Below are positions 40,472-49,197 of a DNA stretch of 64,000 nt, in pieces. The DNA comes from a virus (Duplodnaviria; Caudoviricetes), in the IMG/VR virus record IMGVR_UViG_3300015214_000001, positions 128,001-192,000 of that record; one strand, given 5' to 3'. The notes beneath the pieces were generated by a model. That model was not told the DNA's origin. It saw only the letters and a program-made list of their open reading frames with translations, and did no database searches. The position numbers were made by a program, and so were the translations under genes. Position 1 is the first letter of the stretch; every line of letters begins with the position of its first letter.

Positions 40472-41407
40472 TTATCTCATCTGTGTGATACGTATATAGT
40501 CTGCATCAAGCATGACAGGATCGCCGTTCAATGTCTTTGCGCTTAACCATACATAGGTTGGCAATTCTATGCCGATGCTATCTTGAAATGTTGCCACAAC
40601 AAGATTATTTACAAAAAAGCTGGCATCCGTTTTATCGCCATTAATTGCAATAGCGATAGATAAGTTAACATATTCATTAGGGATAGGCACGATAGGGTTA
40701 TTTTGAAATAGCCCAATAGAGCGAGGAAACCCATCTTTAATTGAACATGCGTACCACCTATCTGATGGTTCAGTGGGGCTATTATGATAAGCAAATGTGA
40801 CTGCGTTCTGAGTATTGGTTACAACAGGGGAAACTGAGCTTACCAACGTCCCATCGGCATTGCTGTGGGTATCTGAAAAACCAAACTCGATATGACAATC
40901 AGCAATTTGGTTAACACGAATTCTAGCCTCCAGGTAGATCATTTTAGGACTAGATATAAATGCTTGAATACTCGTCATTGTCGCATGATTATTAGCCACA
41001 TTGTCTGTATTAAGTTGCACAACCGTATAGCCTAAATTAGGTTGAGTAACACTGCCACCTGATGTATCCGTGAGCCATGTCTCATTACTCAGATTAACAC
41101 CAATAAAATCATCAAATATACCAAATGAGCCAATCGGCTGAATACCTAACAAGTGCATAATAGAATTGACATCGCCAATGGCACTAACAATGCCGATTAA
41201 TGCCAGCAACTCCGATTCAAGTGTGCCTGATATTTCACCGAGTGATGTAATTCCGACTGGTAAAGCCACAAAATAATCGCAATTTAAATAGTATATCGTA
41301 CTGATTGCTAAATCGCCGTAGTTAAAAGGTGTGCCATCAGCATATTGTGATGGAAGATATTTAATTTCGCCATATGAATTACGGTAGCCTAATCTTGGGT
41401 CTAGCAT
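40472..41407 (-). CDS. Putative virion beta-sandwich protein (paralog of 20832..21692)
   Basis: FDDF...IYLEARIRV..IADCHIEFG...ASFFVN...DADY. Confidence 0.6.
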   Translation of the reverse strand: MLDPRLGYRNSYGEIKYLPSQYADGTPFNYGDLAISTIYYLNCDYFVALPVGITSLGEISGTLESELLALIGIVSAIGDVNSIMHLLGIQPIGSFGIFDDFIGVNLSNETWLTDTSGGSVTQPNLGYTVVQLNTDNVANNHATMTSIQAFISSPKMIYLEARIRVNQIADCHIEFGFSDTHSNADGTLVSSVSPVVTNTQNAVTFAYHNSPTEPSDRWYACSIKDGFPRSIGLFQNNPIVPIPNEYVNLSIAIAINGDKTDASFFVNNLVVATFQDSIGIELPTYVWLSAKTLNGDPVMLDADYIRITQMR

Positions 41408-41418
41408 TGTCTATCCTT

Positions 41419-42171
41419 TTACCCTAACCGAACACTTTTCCAACGCACTGAGGCAACTTCTTTGATCCAATCTTTGAGTGCATCCTCAAATTCAGCTATT
41501 TCATCTGCATGGCAAGTCAGAAAAATTTTCTCCATTTCAGAGGTAAATGCTGGTTCTGCATCTGCATCATCGCTTTCTTGACTAAGTTTCTCTAAAGATG
41601 ATTCTTTATCACTAAGTAATTCTTGGGCAAGTAAGTGGTGTTCGGCGCGATCATCATCTGCGTTATATAATGTGTGAGAAAAATTATCAATAATCGCATT
41701 AATGTCTCCATCATCAAATGATACAAGGTGTTCACCACCTTCGACCAAGTTTGATAAAACGTGTTGTAAGCCCCTGTCATCCCACATCCGTGAAATGTCA
41801 TATAACGTAAAGTCACCGCCGATCATCGTTAGATTATTGTGGTCAATTGCATAAGACCATGCCATTTCTTTAGTTAAGGCATTAACACCAAAATTGATAG
41901 GCATTAGCCATTCGCCTGTTTGACGGTCAACGATAATCCCTCTAGGAACTGGTTTATTATCTAATTCCATAAGCCGTAATGCAGTTGCGCGGCCATTCCC
42001 CTCAATTAATGCGCCTAGTGTCGCATCATAGCTTGGCGGGTCTCTAAATCCATTCTTCTCAATTGACATCATAATAGCGCCGAGATCATGTTGCTTCGGG
42101 TTCTCATCCCACAATGTGGCTTCTGCTACAGGGATATATTTTATCTCTAATCGTTCTTCGTTATTCATCAT
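41419..42171 (-). CDS. ParB/Srx-like N-terminal domain protein
   Basis: NPKQHD...I..SI...GF.DP...LIEGNGR..AL...A..HN. Confidence 0.75.
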   Translation of the reverse strand: MMNNEERLEIKYIPVAEATLWDENPKQHDLGAIMMSIEKNGFRDPPSYDATLGALIEGNGRATALRLMELDNKPVPRGIIVDRQTGEWLMPINFGVNALTKEMAWSYAIDHNNLTMIGGDFTLYDISRMWDDRGLQHVLSNLVEGGEHLVSFDDGDINAIIDNFSHTLYNADDDRAEHHLLAQELLSDKESSLEKLSQESDDADAEPAFTSEMEKIFLTCHADEIAEFEDALKDWIKEVASVRWKSVRLG

Positions 42172-42372
42172 GGTTACATATCAACCGATTATTTAATAAA
42201 TAGTTATTGAAATTGTACCATGTGAGTTTATCTAAAAATAAGCAAAAAACGTGTTATAATGTTTTTATAGAAAGCAACCTATATAGAGTAATACAGTAGC
42301 TTGTTTTCTACAGTTGGGTTTTTGTTTTCTCTATGCTCGTTTTTCATTGTATTTCTTCCTTTCTTTCTATGC

Positions 42373-42411
42373 AAAAACGCCACTGATAATGCTCCTGTCA
42401 GTGGCGTTTTT
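42373..42411. terminator. Bidirectional intrinsic terminator
   Basis: AAAAACGCCACTGA...TCAGTGGCGTTTTT. Confidence 0.8.
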
Positions 42412-42437
42412 GTGTTAAGTGGAAATGATATTATTTT

Positions 42438-43826
42438 CTACTTGCGTTTATAGGTATTTGGTTCTGCCATTCTAACGATGGTTGGCGTAAACTTCCCTAC
42501 AATCCTGATATATGGCTGATGAGATAAAACTTCCTTAGCTGACTTATAAACTGCTGGCAGTTCATCTACCCCACCGCCAATCAAGTAGATGTTATGTTTA
42601 TCTTTGATGTGTTGATGAACATCAAGTGATCCGAATTTCTCAATAGCTTGTCGCCTGCTCATTACTCGGCCCGCGCCATGTGACGCGCTGTTATAGCTAT
42701 AATCCATACTTGCAGATGGTATATGGTCAACAATATACGCGCCTTCTGCCATCGTTGCTGGAATTACCCCTCTCTGCCCACTAACTAGTTCAGTAGCACC
42801 TTTGCGATGAATATATAATGTGTTGCCTTCACTATCTACAATTTCTGACGCAAAGTTATGCACACTATAGACGATTGTATGGCGAGTATCTGCTGATACA
42901 TTTGGGGATATAGCCTCCCATAGTCGCTTATGAACATACGCATGGCTATGACGAGCAAACTTTCTAGCAAAGGCCATCATAGCCATATAGTCATTAATTA
43001 ATTGCTTATCCATAAGAGGAGCAGCGGTAATACCCTTAGGCATTTTGAATTGTTTACGTGCTACTTCCTCAAAGTGTTTAGCGATAACTGCACCAATCCC
43101 ACGACTGCCGAAATGAGACAATAACGCGGGACTAGGTTGGTCATCACCTAATCGGCGTGTATAGTATCCATATTCTACAAAATGATTTCCATCACCCGAT
43201 GTGCCAAACTGGGTAGGAACTAATTGCTTGAAGGCATTATAAGTAGCGATACCTTCTTTGGTCACTAACTCTGTGGATAATTCATCTAAGGCAAGATCAA
43301 GACCATAGGTTTTATATGCCTCAAGGTCAGGTTGTTGACTATGACCAAAGAATGTGTTATTGAGAATTGCATCAACAACAACATCATGCGCTACATCTTC
43401 AAAAGACTCAGGACTACTGAAATAAACAGAACAAGCTAAGTCAGCGCTTGCCCATTCTGGAACAGGATGCTTACTGGCGATTACACCACCAACAGGCATC
43501 CCATTTTCCCTTGTGCGATGTGCATCAGGCATTAATGCGCCACCAACAACTGTTTCTAGCGATAACATGGCATTCATGTCAGCAATTGCCGATGGCTCAA
43601 TCAGCGAACCACCAAATACGGTCATATCAGGTTTATGTTTATGTAATGGTAAATCTTTTGGCGCATTATTCTTTAAGAATTGCGCTTTTTCCTTCAACCA
43701 TACCCAAACATCATCGTAACTATGACCTTCATTAAGCATCTTAAACGGGATGCTATGATCTGGAAACTGATGTTTCTTCATGTAATCTTGGATAGCTTGG
43801 TTTGATGTTTTATTGCTCATTAGCAT
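42438..43826 (-). CDS. rtcB: RtcB-family RNA ligase
   Basis: MPDAH, PVGG, ADLAC, GTSGDGNHFVE, HFGSRG, HN, HRKGAT, SHGAGR.MSR, DE.P..YK motifs. Confidence 0.92.
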   Translation of the reverse strand: MLMSNKTSNQAIQDYMKKHQFPDHSIPFKMLNEGHSYDDVWVWLKEKAQFLKNNAPKDLPLHKHKPDMTVFGGSLIEPSAIADMNAMLSLETVVGGALMPDAHRTRENGMPVGGVIASKHPVPEWASADLACSVYFSSPESFEDVAHDVVVDAILNNTFFGHSQQPDLEAYKTYGLDLALDELSTELVTKEGIATYNAFKQLVPTQFGTSGDGNHFVEYGYYTRRLGDDQPSPALLSHFGSRGIGAVIAKHFEEVARKQFKMPKGITAAPLMDKQLINDYMAMMAFARKFARHSHAYVHKRLWEAISPNVSADTRHTIVYSVHNFASEIVDSEGNTLYIHRKGATELVSGQRGVIPATMAEGAYIVDHIPSASMDYSYNSASHGAGRVMSRRQAIEKFGSLDVHQHIKDKHNIYLIGGGVDELPAVYKSAKEVLSHQPYIRIVGKFTPTIVRMAEPNTYKRK

Positions 43827-44761
43827 CCCCTCAGTTCAGCTACTTTGAATTTAATCTCATCTATGAAAAAGTTGTCTGCTGATCCCTTTAAACGGTTGAT
43901 GCTAAATTCATCTTTGGCGTGGGCTACAAACTCATTATAATCTCCCCATTTGCCATAGATTTCATCAGCCAATTGATTGCGCCAAATAATAGCATCCTTG
44001 ATAGAGACGTTGCCAGTCCTAATGCCCTTAAGTGTTTCTTGTTCATCACCAACCATCGCAGTTTGCATAAAAGCATCCCCAGTAGTAGAAGCGTATCTGT
44101 GACGAAACATTGATACGTCAATATATCTACTGATGCTTGATAAGCGCTCGGCTATACGTGCAGTGTCTCTTTCACTATCAGCGGATGTCAATATGCTTTT
44201 AGCTACGATAATGCGCCGAATAGCATCAGCTAAATCTTTGCGACATTCAACTTCATTGCCCTGAGAATAATGATAAAATGCTTGAGCTAATTTGCTAGAA
44301 CGCTTACTAGACAAACACAATGAAGGGTCATCACACCACAACAATAAGGTTTTGCTATCAAAGTTTCCTGATCCACCTAGTAACCTAAACACTGTCTTTT
44401 TAGAGATCAGCTTAGGTGCTAACAGACGTGCTAATTTTCCCACAGCGTCTTGTTTCCAAACATGCGATTCATCAGCAAATAAAACATCAAAATATTCTGG
44501 TGTCCCCTTGCTATAAATAGCATCAAAGAAATCTGACACAAAATAAGTTGTCATGTCAACATTGGCAATTTTACTACTCTGACTTCTGCTGACTGTTTCC
44601 CCGCCAACATTTAACAGCTTGCGATAACCTACGGAAAAGAACCCCCGCAAATCAGTATCGCTTACCTTTAATGGCAATGAAGATTGATTAACATCATTTT
44701 CGGTGATCTGTAATCCATATAGGATACTGCCGACTTTAGTTACTAAATGCAACATTTCCAT
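43820..44761 (-). CDS. DNA polymerase beta-superfamily nucleotidyltransferase (RlaP-like)
   Basis: GSILYGL...SDTDLRG catalytic motif; overlaps rtcB start. Confidence 0.7.
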   Translation of the reverse strand: MEMLHLVTKVGSILYGLQITENDVNQSSLPLKVSDTDLRGFFSVGYRKLLNVGGETVSRSQSSKIANVDMTTYFVSDFFDAIYSKGTPEYFDVLFADESHVWKQDAVGKLARLLAPKLISKKTVFRLLGGSGNFDSKTLLLWCDDPSLCLSSKRSSKLAQAFYHYSQGNEVECRKDLADAIRRIIVAKSILTSADSERDTARIAERLSSISRYIDVSMFRHRYASTTGDAFMQTAMVGDEQETLKGIRTGNVSIKDAIIWRNQLADEIYGKWGDYNEFVAHAKDEFSINRLKGSADNFFIDEIKFKVAELRGC

Positions 44762-44764
44762 AAG

Positions 44765-45316
44765 CTATTTCAACCTAACTGAAATATCACCAGTAATTGA
44801 CACTTCTGCACCAGCAAATAACTTTTGCACTGTATCTGCTGGAAGGCTAACGCGATGATTAACATCGGCACGGCTTACTAATAGATGGAGGACACCGTAA
44901 GATGGGTAATCTTCATCAGTCATTTCTTCTCGATCTTCCCATTCATTCTTACTCAATTCTGGTAAGACTAAAAACCCTTCTGCGCCTTCACCACCACCAC
45001 GAATGAACACATCATAAGTCAGATATGATGTGCGCCACATGCGGCTGCTTTGCAAGTACACTTTATGAGCATCAATGTCACTTACCTGATAAAGAACGGC
45101 AAGTGTTTCTTTCTGCCTATTCATCGAAATAATAACAGGTGGCACTCCAGTTTCATGAGCCATTTCTAAAGCATCCAGGAATGGACTAGTTACTGAGCGT
45201 GGTAGCGTAATGTCATCATAGCCGACACGCAATTGAATATTGCCATCAGCATCTGTTGCTTTCTTGAGGCGATCTAGCGCCCACGAAAATTGATCGTTAT
45301 CGTTGGTGTTATTCAT
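44765..45316 (-). CDS. Hypothetical protein
   Basis: 183 aa with AAGGAG RBS; first gene of the rtcB operon. Confidence 0.6.
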   Translation of the reverse strand: MNNTNDNDQFSWALDRLKKATDADGNIQLRVGYDDITLPRSVTSPFLDALEMAHETGVPPVIISMNRQKETLAVLYQVSDIDAHKVYLQSSRMWRTSYLTYDVFIRGGGEGAEGFLVLPELSKNEWEDREEMTDEDYPSYGVLHLLVSRADVNHRVSLPADTVQKLFAGAEVSITGDISVRLK

Positions 45317-45348
45317 TGAAATTTCTCCTTATAATTCGTGCAAATATC

Positions 45349-45377
45349 ATATTACCAGTTCAAAGAATATTGGTCAA
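45349..45377 (-). promoter_or_regulatory. Sigma70-like promoter for rtcB operon
   Basis: TTGACC-17 bp-TAATAT. Confidence 0.55.
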
Positions 45378-45414
45378 TAGGGAAGGGATGATCTTAATCA
45401 CCCCTTTCACACGA

Positions 45415-46884
45415 TTAGCTACCATCACCTAGAATTGAACCATCACTTACTGCGCGGTTAAATTCGCCATTTAAATCTTTATCTTTCCACATCAAATGAA
45501 TAGTGCCTTTTTTGTACACACGACAATTGAAGAATTCACTCTCAAACACATCGCTGTAAGTAGATTGGTTTTTGCGACACTTATCACTATGATCTTTTAG
45601 CGCGTCACCGACTGAGTATATGGTTGTTGGATCAACCCCACGTAACCAGCACAAGATTTTTTCTAAATCTTCAATAGCGGATTTAGACCAGTTCTGGTAA
45701 GAGTAAGACCAGCTTATCCCCCATGTATCTACACTTACAGCATAGGGGAAGATATTCTTCATGGCGATTTTCCATGATTTATTGTTCTTCCAAGTTTCGC
45801 CATTTTTCCCATCAATGCTCATCATTGTTTTAGCAACTGCATAGGCGGCCTCTTGCATCAAACGGTCTTTATTGAACATAAACGCTTCTAAGACTAGATA
45901 GATGTTTTTTACAGTAAAAGCCGTTCTCATACCATGCTGTTGTACTTCCTGTAAAAACTTCTGACGATATTCATGTGTGGTTTGTTGACCGAAGCGAGTA
46001 GCTTGAAAAACAGCTTCCCAGAAACGAACCTTGATATTTTTAATTTCTGCATTAACACTTTCATATCCATCATTCTTGAATTGAACGATTTCGCCAGTGG
46101 TTGTTCTTAAGACTTCTTCATAGTGCTTAAGCTGTTTTAATGCTTCAATTGCTCGGTTATAGCGTTCAACCAATAGCGTGATGCTATCTGCACGAATAAC
46201 CAACCCACCAGATACTTCGTCTTGATCGGCAACTGTAAAGTCATCACGGCTATCCATTTCTTGCCAATTAACGCCCGAGCTTGTTTCTTCCTTATCAGGC
46301 TTGTACAGCCAAATAATAACAGTCTCGATATTTGTTTTACGAATTGCTTCTGAAAACCCACCTTGAACATATTCGCAGTTCCCGAAAATATCAATCAAAT
46401 CTACTAGCTTTTTGCGGTCATGTGTGGAAGGGTTCTTGACTGCATCCGCGTTCAATAATACAACCATCTTGCCGCCTGGCGCTAAAATATCCCACATTTT
46501 TAATACGTGCTGCACACCATTATTAAATGGTGGATTTGCCACGATAACATCAATAAGAAACGGGTCACTTTCAGCCAAAAAGTCAGTGCCGATTACAGTA
46601 TAACCTTTTGATTCAAGTATTCGACTACGTTCAGGATTGACTTCGTAGACCAACATATGTTCAACATTAACACCTGTTCGTTTTAAGTAATCTAGGATAT
46701 GTCCTTCACCTGCGCTTGGTTCGAGCAGTGAATATTTAACAGGCAATGATCTACGAATGTGTTCCCCACGCTTTGTTTCTAGGATAAATGGCGCTACCAT
46801 TTTTTGAATTAATGGCAGTGGGGTTGGGTAAAACTGTTCTTCATCGTGATACACGTTATGCTCCTTAATGTATATTGCACTCAA
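45415..46884 (-). CDS. Amino-(N6A/N4C) DNA methyltransferase with DUF4942-like C-terminus
   Basis: FYPTP, LLEPSAGEG, DFL, NPPF; C-term F..RVYKKGTIHL. Confidence 0.85.
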   Translation of the reverse strand: MSAIYIKEHNVYHDEEQFYPTPLPLIQKMVAPFILETKRGEHIRRSLPVKYSLLEPSAGEGHILDYLKRTGVNVEHMLVYEVNPERSRILESKGYTVIGTDFLAESDPFLIDVIVANPPFNNGVQHVLKMWDILAPGGKMVVLLNADAVKNPSTHDRKKLVDLIDIFGNCEYVQGGFSEAIRKTNIETVIIWLYKPDKEETSSGVNWQEMDSRDDFTVADQDEVSGGLVIRADSITLLVERYNRAIEALKQLKHYEEVLRTTTGEIVQFKNDGYESVNAEIKNIKVRFWEAVFQATRFGQQTTHEYRQKFLQEVQQHGMRTAFTVKNIYLVLEAFMFNKDRLMQEAAYAVAKTMMSIDGKNGETWKNNKSWKIAMKNIFPYAVSVDTWGISWSYSYQNWSKSAIEDLEKILCWLRGVDPTTIYSVGDALKDHSDKCRKNQSTYSDVFESEFFNCRVYKKGTIHLMWKDKDLNGEFNRAVSDGSILGDGS

Positions 46885-47729
46885 CTATACAATCGCTTTC
46901 AATATCATCTAAAAACATCATTCGCAATTGCTTAGGTTTATCTCTATCGGCTCGCATAGTTTCTATAAATAATTCTACCAGTGGATAAGGCTTTTTAACA
47001 CCGTCAATTGTTCGCGTCAAAATGGCATAATCGGCATATTTAGGGTTACTTCTCATCTTATTCTCCCAAACCATTGCACGCATGAAATTTGGTAAATTGA
47101 AATAGATCGCTCCACGCCAATATTTAGTACCAGCTTTAAAACAAGTACCGCCACAATTGCCAGTTACCATATTACCCAGTTCGCGTTCATAGTAGCTAAT
47201 CGGCAATTTGATATTATGTTGTTCACAGTATGCTAATGGGTCTTTTATTCGTGGGTAAAACCAGAGAGGGTATTTAACATATACATTGCGTTTAGACCAA
47301 TTTTCGATGGGCGCTGGCAATCTTCCGTATGGCTTGTCAGTTCTGGCGCGTTGATACCGATCCTTCATGTTGTAACCAATCAACATGAAAACCTTATTGT
47401 ACCCCCCCCATAATACGAATAGTTTCAACATACTGTTGAATAGGCTTTACTTTTAGCTCAATCGTGCAATTGGCAACACGGCTATTAAATATCATGCCTT
47501 GTTCTTCTGATATGTCATAGGGAGTTTTCCCGCTATTTAAGCGATGGATTTTAATCCTCAATAGGTTTTCAAGGTCACGCAAAAATCTATGATGATCTTC
47601 ATGCTCTATATTGGTGTCGGCAAATACAGGGTAAATATGTTCATGGGGATATAGTTCATAAGCTCTAATTAGGGCAGCTGCGCTTGATGCGCCACTTGAC
47701 ACTGAAACGATATAAGCCGATTTTTCCAT
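46865..47729 (-). pseudogene. PAPS-reductase/PP-loop family gene 1, frameshifted at G8 (would be 287 aa with G7)
   Basis: 5' half VSVSSGASSA, FADT..EHED..RFL, C..ELK; 3' half IGY, PL, NCGGTCFKAG..YW; the halves change frame within ATG GGG GGG GTA CAA TAA. Confidence 0.8.
47402..47409 (-). repeat. G8 homopolymer at frameshift
   Basis: 8 consecutive C on + strand. Confidence 0.95.
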
Positions 47730-47761
47730 GTATATCCTTTATCCTTTTCTATAATAAAAAT

Positions 47762-47802
47762 AGAACGCACTAAGTTTAACTTGCCTTAGTGCGTTCTGTC
47801 AA
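47762..47802 (-). promoter_or_regulatory. Inverted repeat overlapping a TTGACA -35 upstream of PP-loop gene 1
   Basis: AGAACGCACTAAG...CTTAGTGCGTTCT; minus strand TTGACA-18-TAAACT and T-tract. Confidence 0.5.
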
Positions 47803-47823
47803 ATAAATTATTATTGTTGCAGG

Positions 47824-48024
47824 CTATGTCAAATCTTTAATAACCTGGAAGCTAAGGTTATCAATTGGCATAATCCATGCACCATCTTTCGCGCTGTTCT
47901 TTTGTAGTTCGCGCACGTTAGGGTGAAACGTTTTTCCACCAACGGGATATAATGTCCCGTTCTTATGGGTAATAAAGCCGATAACGCCGTTTGGCGCGGG
48001 TGATGCAATTACTTTTTCACTCAT
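47824..48024 (-). CDS. Hypothetical protein
   Basis: 66 aa with GAGGGG RBS. Confidence 0.55.
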   Translation of the reverse strand: MSEKVIASPAPNGVIGFITHKNGTLYPVGGKTFHPNVRELQKNSAKDGAWIMPIDNLSFQVIKDLT

Positions 48025-48075
48025 TTCCCCTCTTTTCTATTTTTGTGATCTTGTACTCGATCTTAAAAAATAAAA

Positions 48076-48342
48076 TTAACTAAACAACTCACGGATTACA
48101 GCATTGCTGACTACGGTGATGCTATTAGATACAGGCAATGATTTGCCATCAATCACTTGATGCTCACCGCATTCTTGTCGTAAAGCATCGCACGTAAACA
48201 TGCGAATTGTCGGCATGTACGTAATTCGCACGACTTTGGTACGAAACACGATTGAACCAAAGAACGGGTCAGTTGTGTTCATCAAGTTTTTAATTGCTGT
48301 CACAACTTCTTGTTGTGATGTGACGTTGAATGTATTGCTCAT
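48076..48342 (-). CDS. Hypothetical protein, paralog of 53826..54230
   Basis: V.S....AI......P(F/Y).G.I.F...Y....F.C.ALR...DGK..PV...RE shared. Confidence 0.65.
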   Translation of the reverse strand: MSNTFNVTSQQEVVTAIKNLMNTTDPFFGSIVFRTKVVRITYMPTIRMFTCDALRQECGEHQVIDGKSLPVSNSITVVSNAVIRELFS

Positions 48343-48649
48343 TTTTACCCCTTTAGTTGGTAGATATACTACAAGGCTACTATGCAGGTTAGGTAAATGT
48401 CAACATAAGGTTTTGTTAAGAAATGTTAAATTTAGAATTAATACCCCTATGGTGATGTTTTCTGATACTAGGTGCAGTGAGTAGAAAACAAATTAGAACA
48501 AAAAATATTATCATTAATTCAACGCTTTTAAATGTATCGCATAAGGGCTTGGATTTTACCCTCTATTAATTGTTAAGATTGTGTAAATCTTCCCTAAAAA
48601 TTGGATATTCACCCTAGATAACCACTACCTAAACTGCTATCATATAGGG

Positions 48650-49120
48650 GTGTTGAATGATTGTTTTCAACACAGCACGTTAACAACACAAGGGGAAACA
48701 GCTATGTCCTATTACTACTTAGATCAAACTAGCTTGCCTATTGAACCGATTAGCTTTGTGCAAATGTGGTTCATGCGATATATGCAAATGCCGTTAACGG
48801 AAGGTCAAGCGGAGTCCATACGTCAAGACCTATTATCCCGACAGGCAAAATTGCTACAATGTGCTAACTTTGACCATAAAACAAAGCAATTTGTCGAATG
48901 GTGGGAATATCGCACATTGAACAAAGAAGCATTTATCTTAGGCATGTCTAGCCAAGTGGTAATTCTAAATCGGTCTGTGCTGAGACTAAATAACAATATG
49001 ATTTACCCATTGTTACGCGCCTCAGTATGGGAAAGCACCTACGAAACTTTCGACAATCGCTATATATTCAATATTGGCGAGTCGGTTGCTCAACACATCC
49101 CTCACGAAAGTTTCGCCTGA
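48650..49120 (+). CDS. Hypothetical protein (likely start MSYYY)
   Basis: AAGGGG RBS before internal ATG; first gene of + strand island. Confidence 0.55.
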   Translation: MLNDCFQHSTLTTQGETAMSYYYLDQTSLPIEPISFVQMWFMRYMQMPLTEGQAESIRQDLLSRQAKLLQCANFDHKTKQFVEWWEYRTLNKEAFILGMSSQVVILNRSVLRLNNNMIYPLLRASVWESTYETFDNRYIFNIGESVAQHIPHESFA

Positions 49121-49127
49121 TTATTCA

Positions 49128-49158
49128 TACTTGACAGATAGTTACTATCTGTCAAGTA
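49128..49158. repeat. 14-bp perfect inverted repeat
   Basis: TACTTGACAGATAG-tta-CTATCTGTCAAGTA upstream of clamp gene. Confidence 0.75.
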
Positions 49159-49197
49159 ATATTTTTATCAAACAAACACAAGGAAAAGGAAATAAAA

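Noticed and set aside
1420-44516. Numerous short + strand ORFs antisense to structural and RtcB-region genes
   Set aside because: Fully antisense to long motif-bearing genes, with no RBS and no recognisable motifs.
46865-47729. Two separate genes 47394..47729 and 46865..47431
   Set aside because: They are the N- and C-halves of one PP-loop protein split at the G8 tract.
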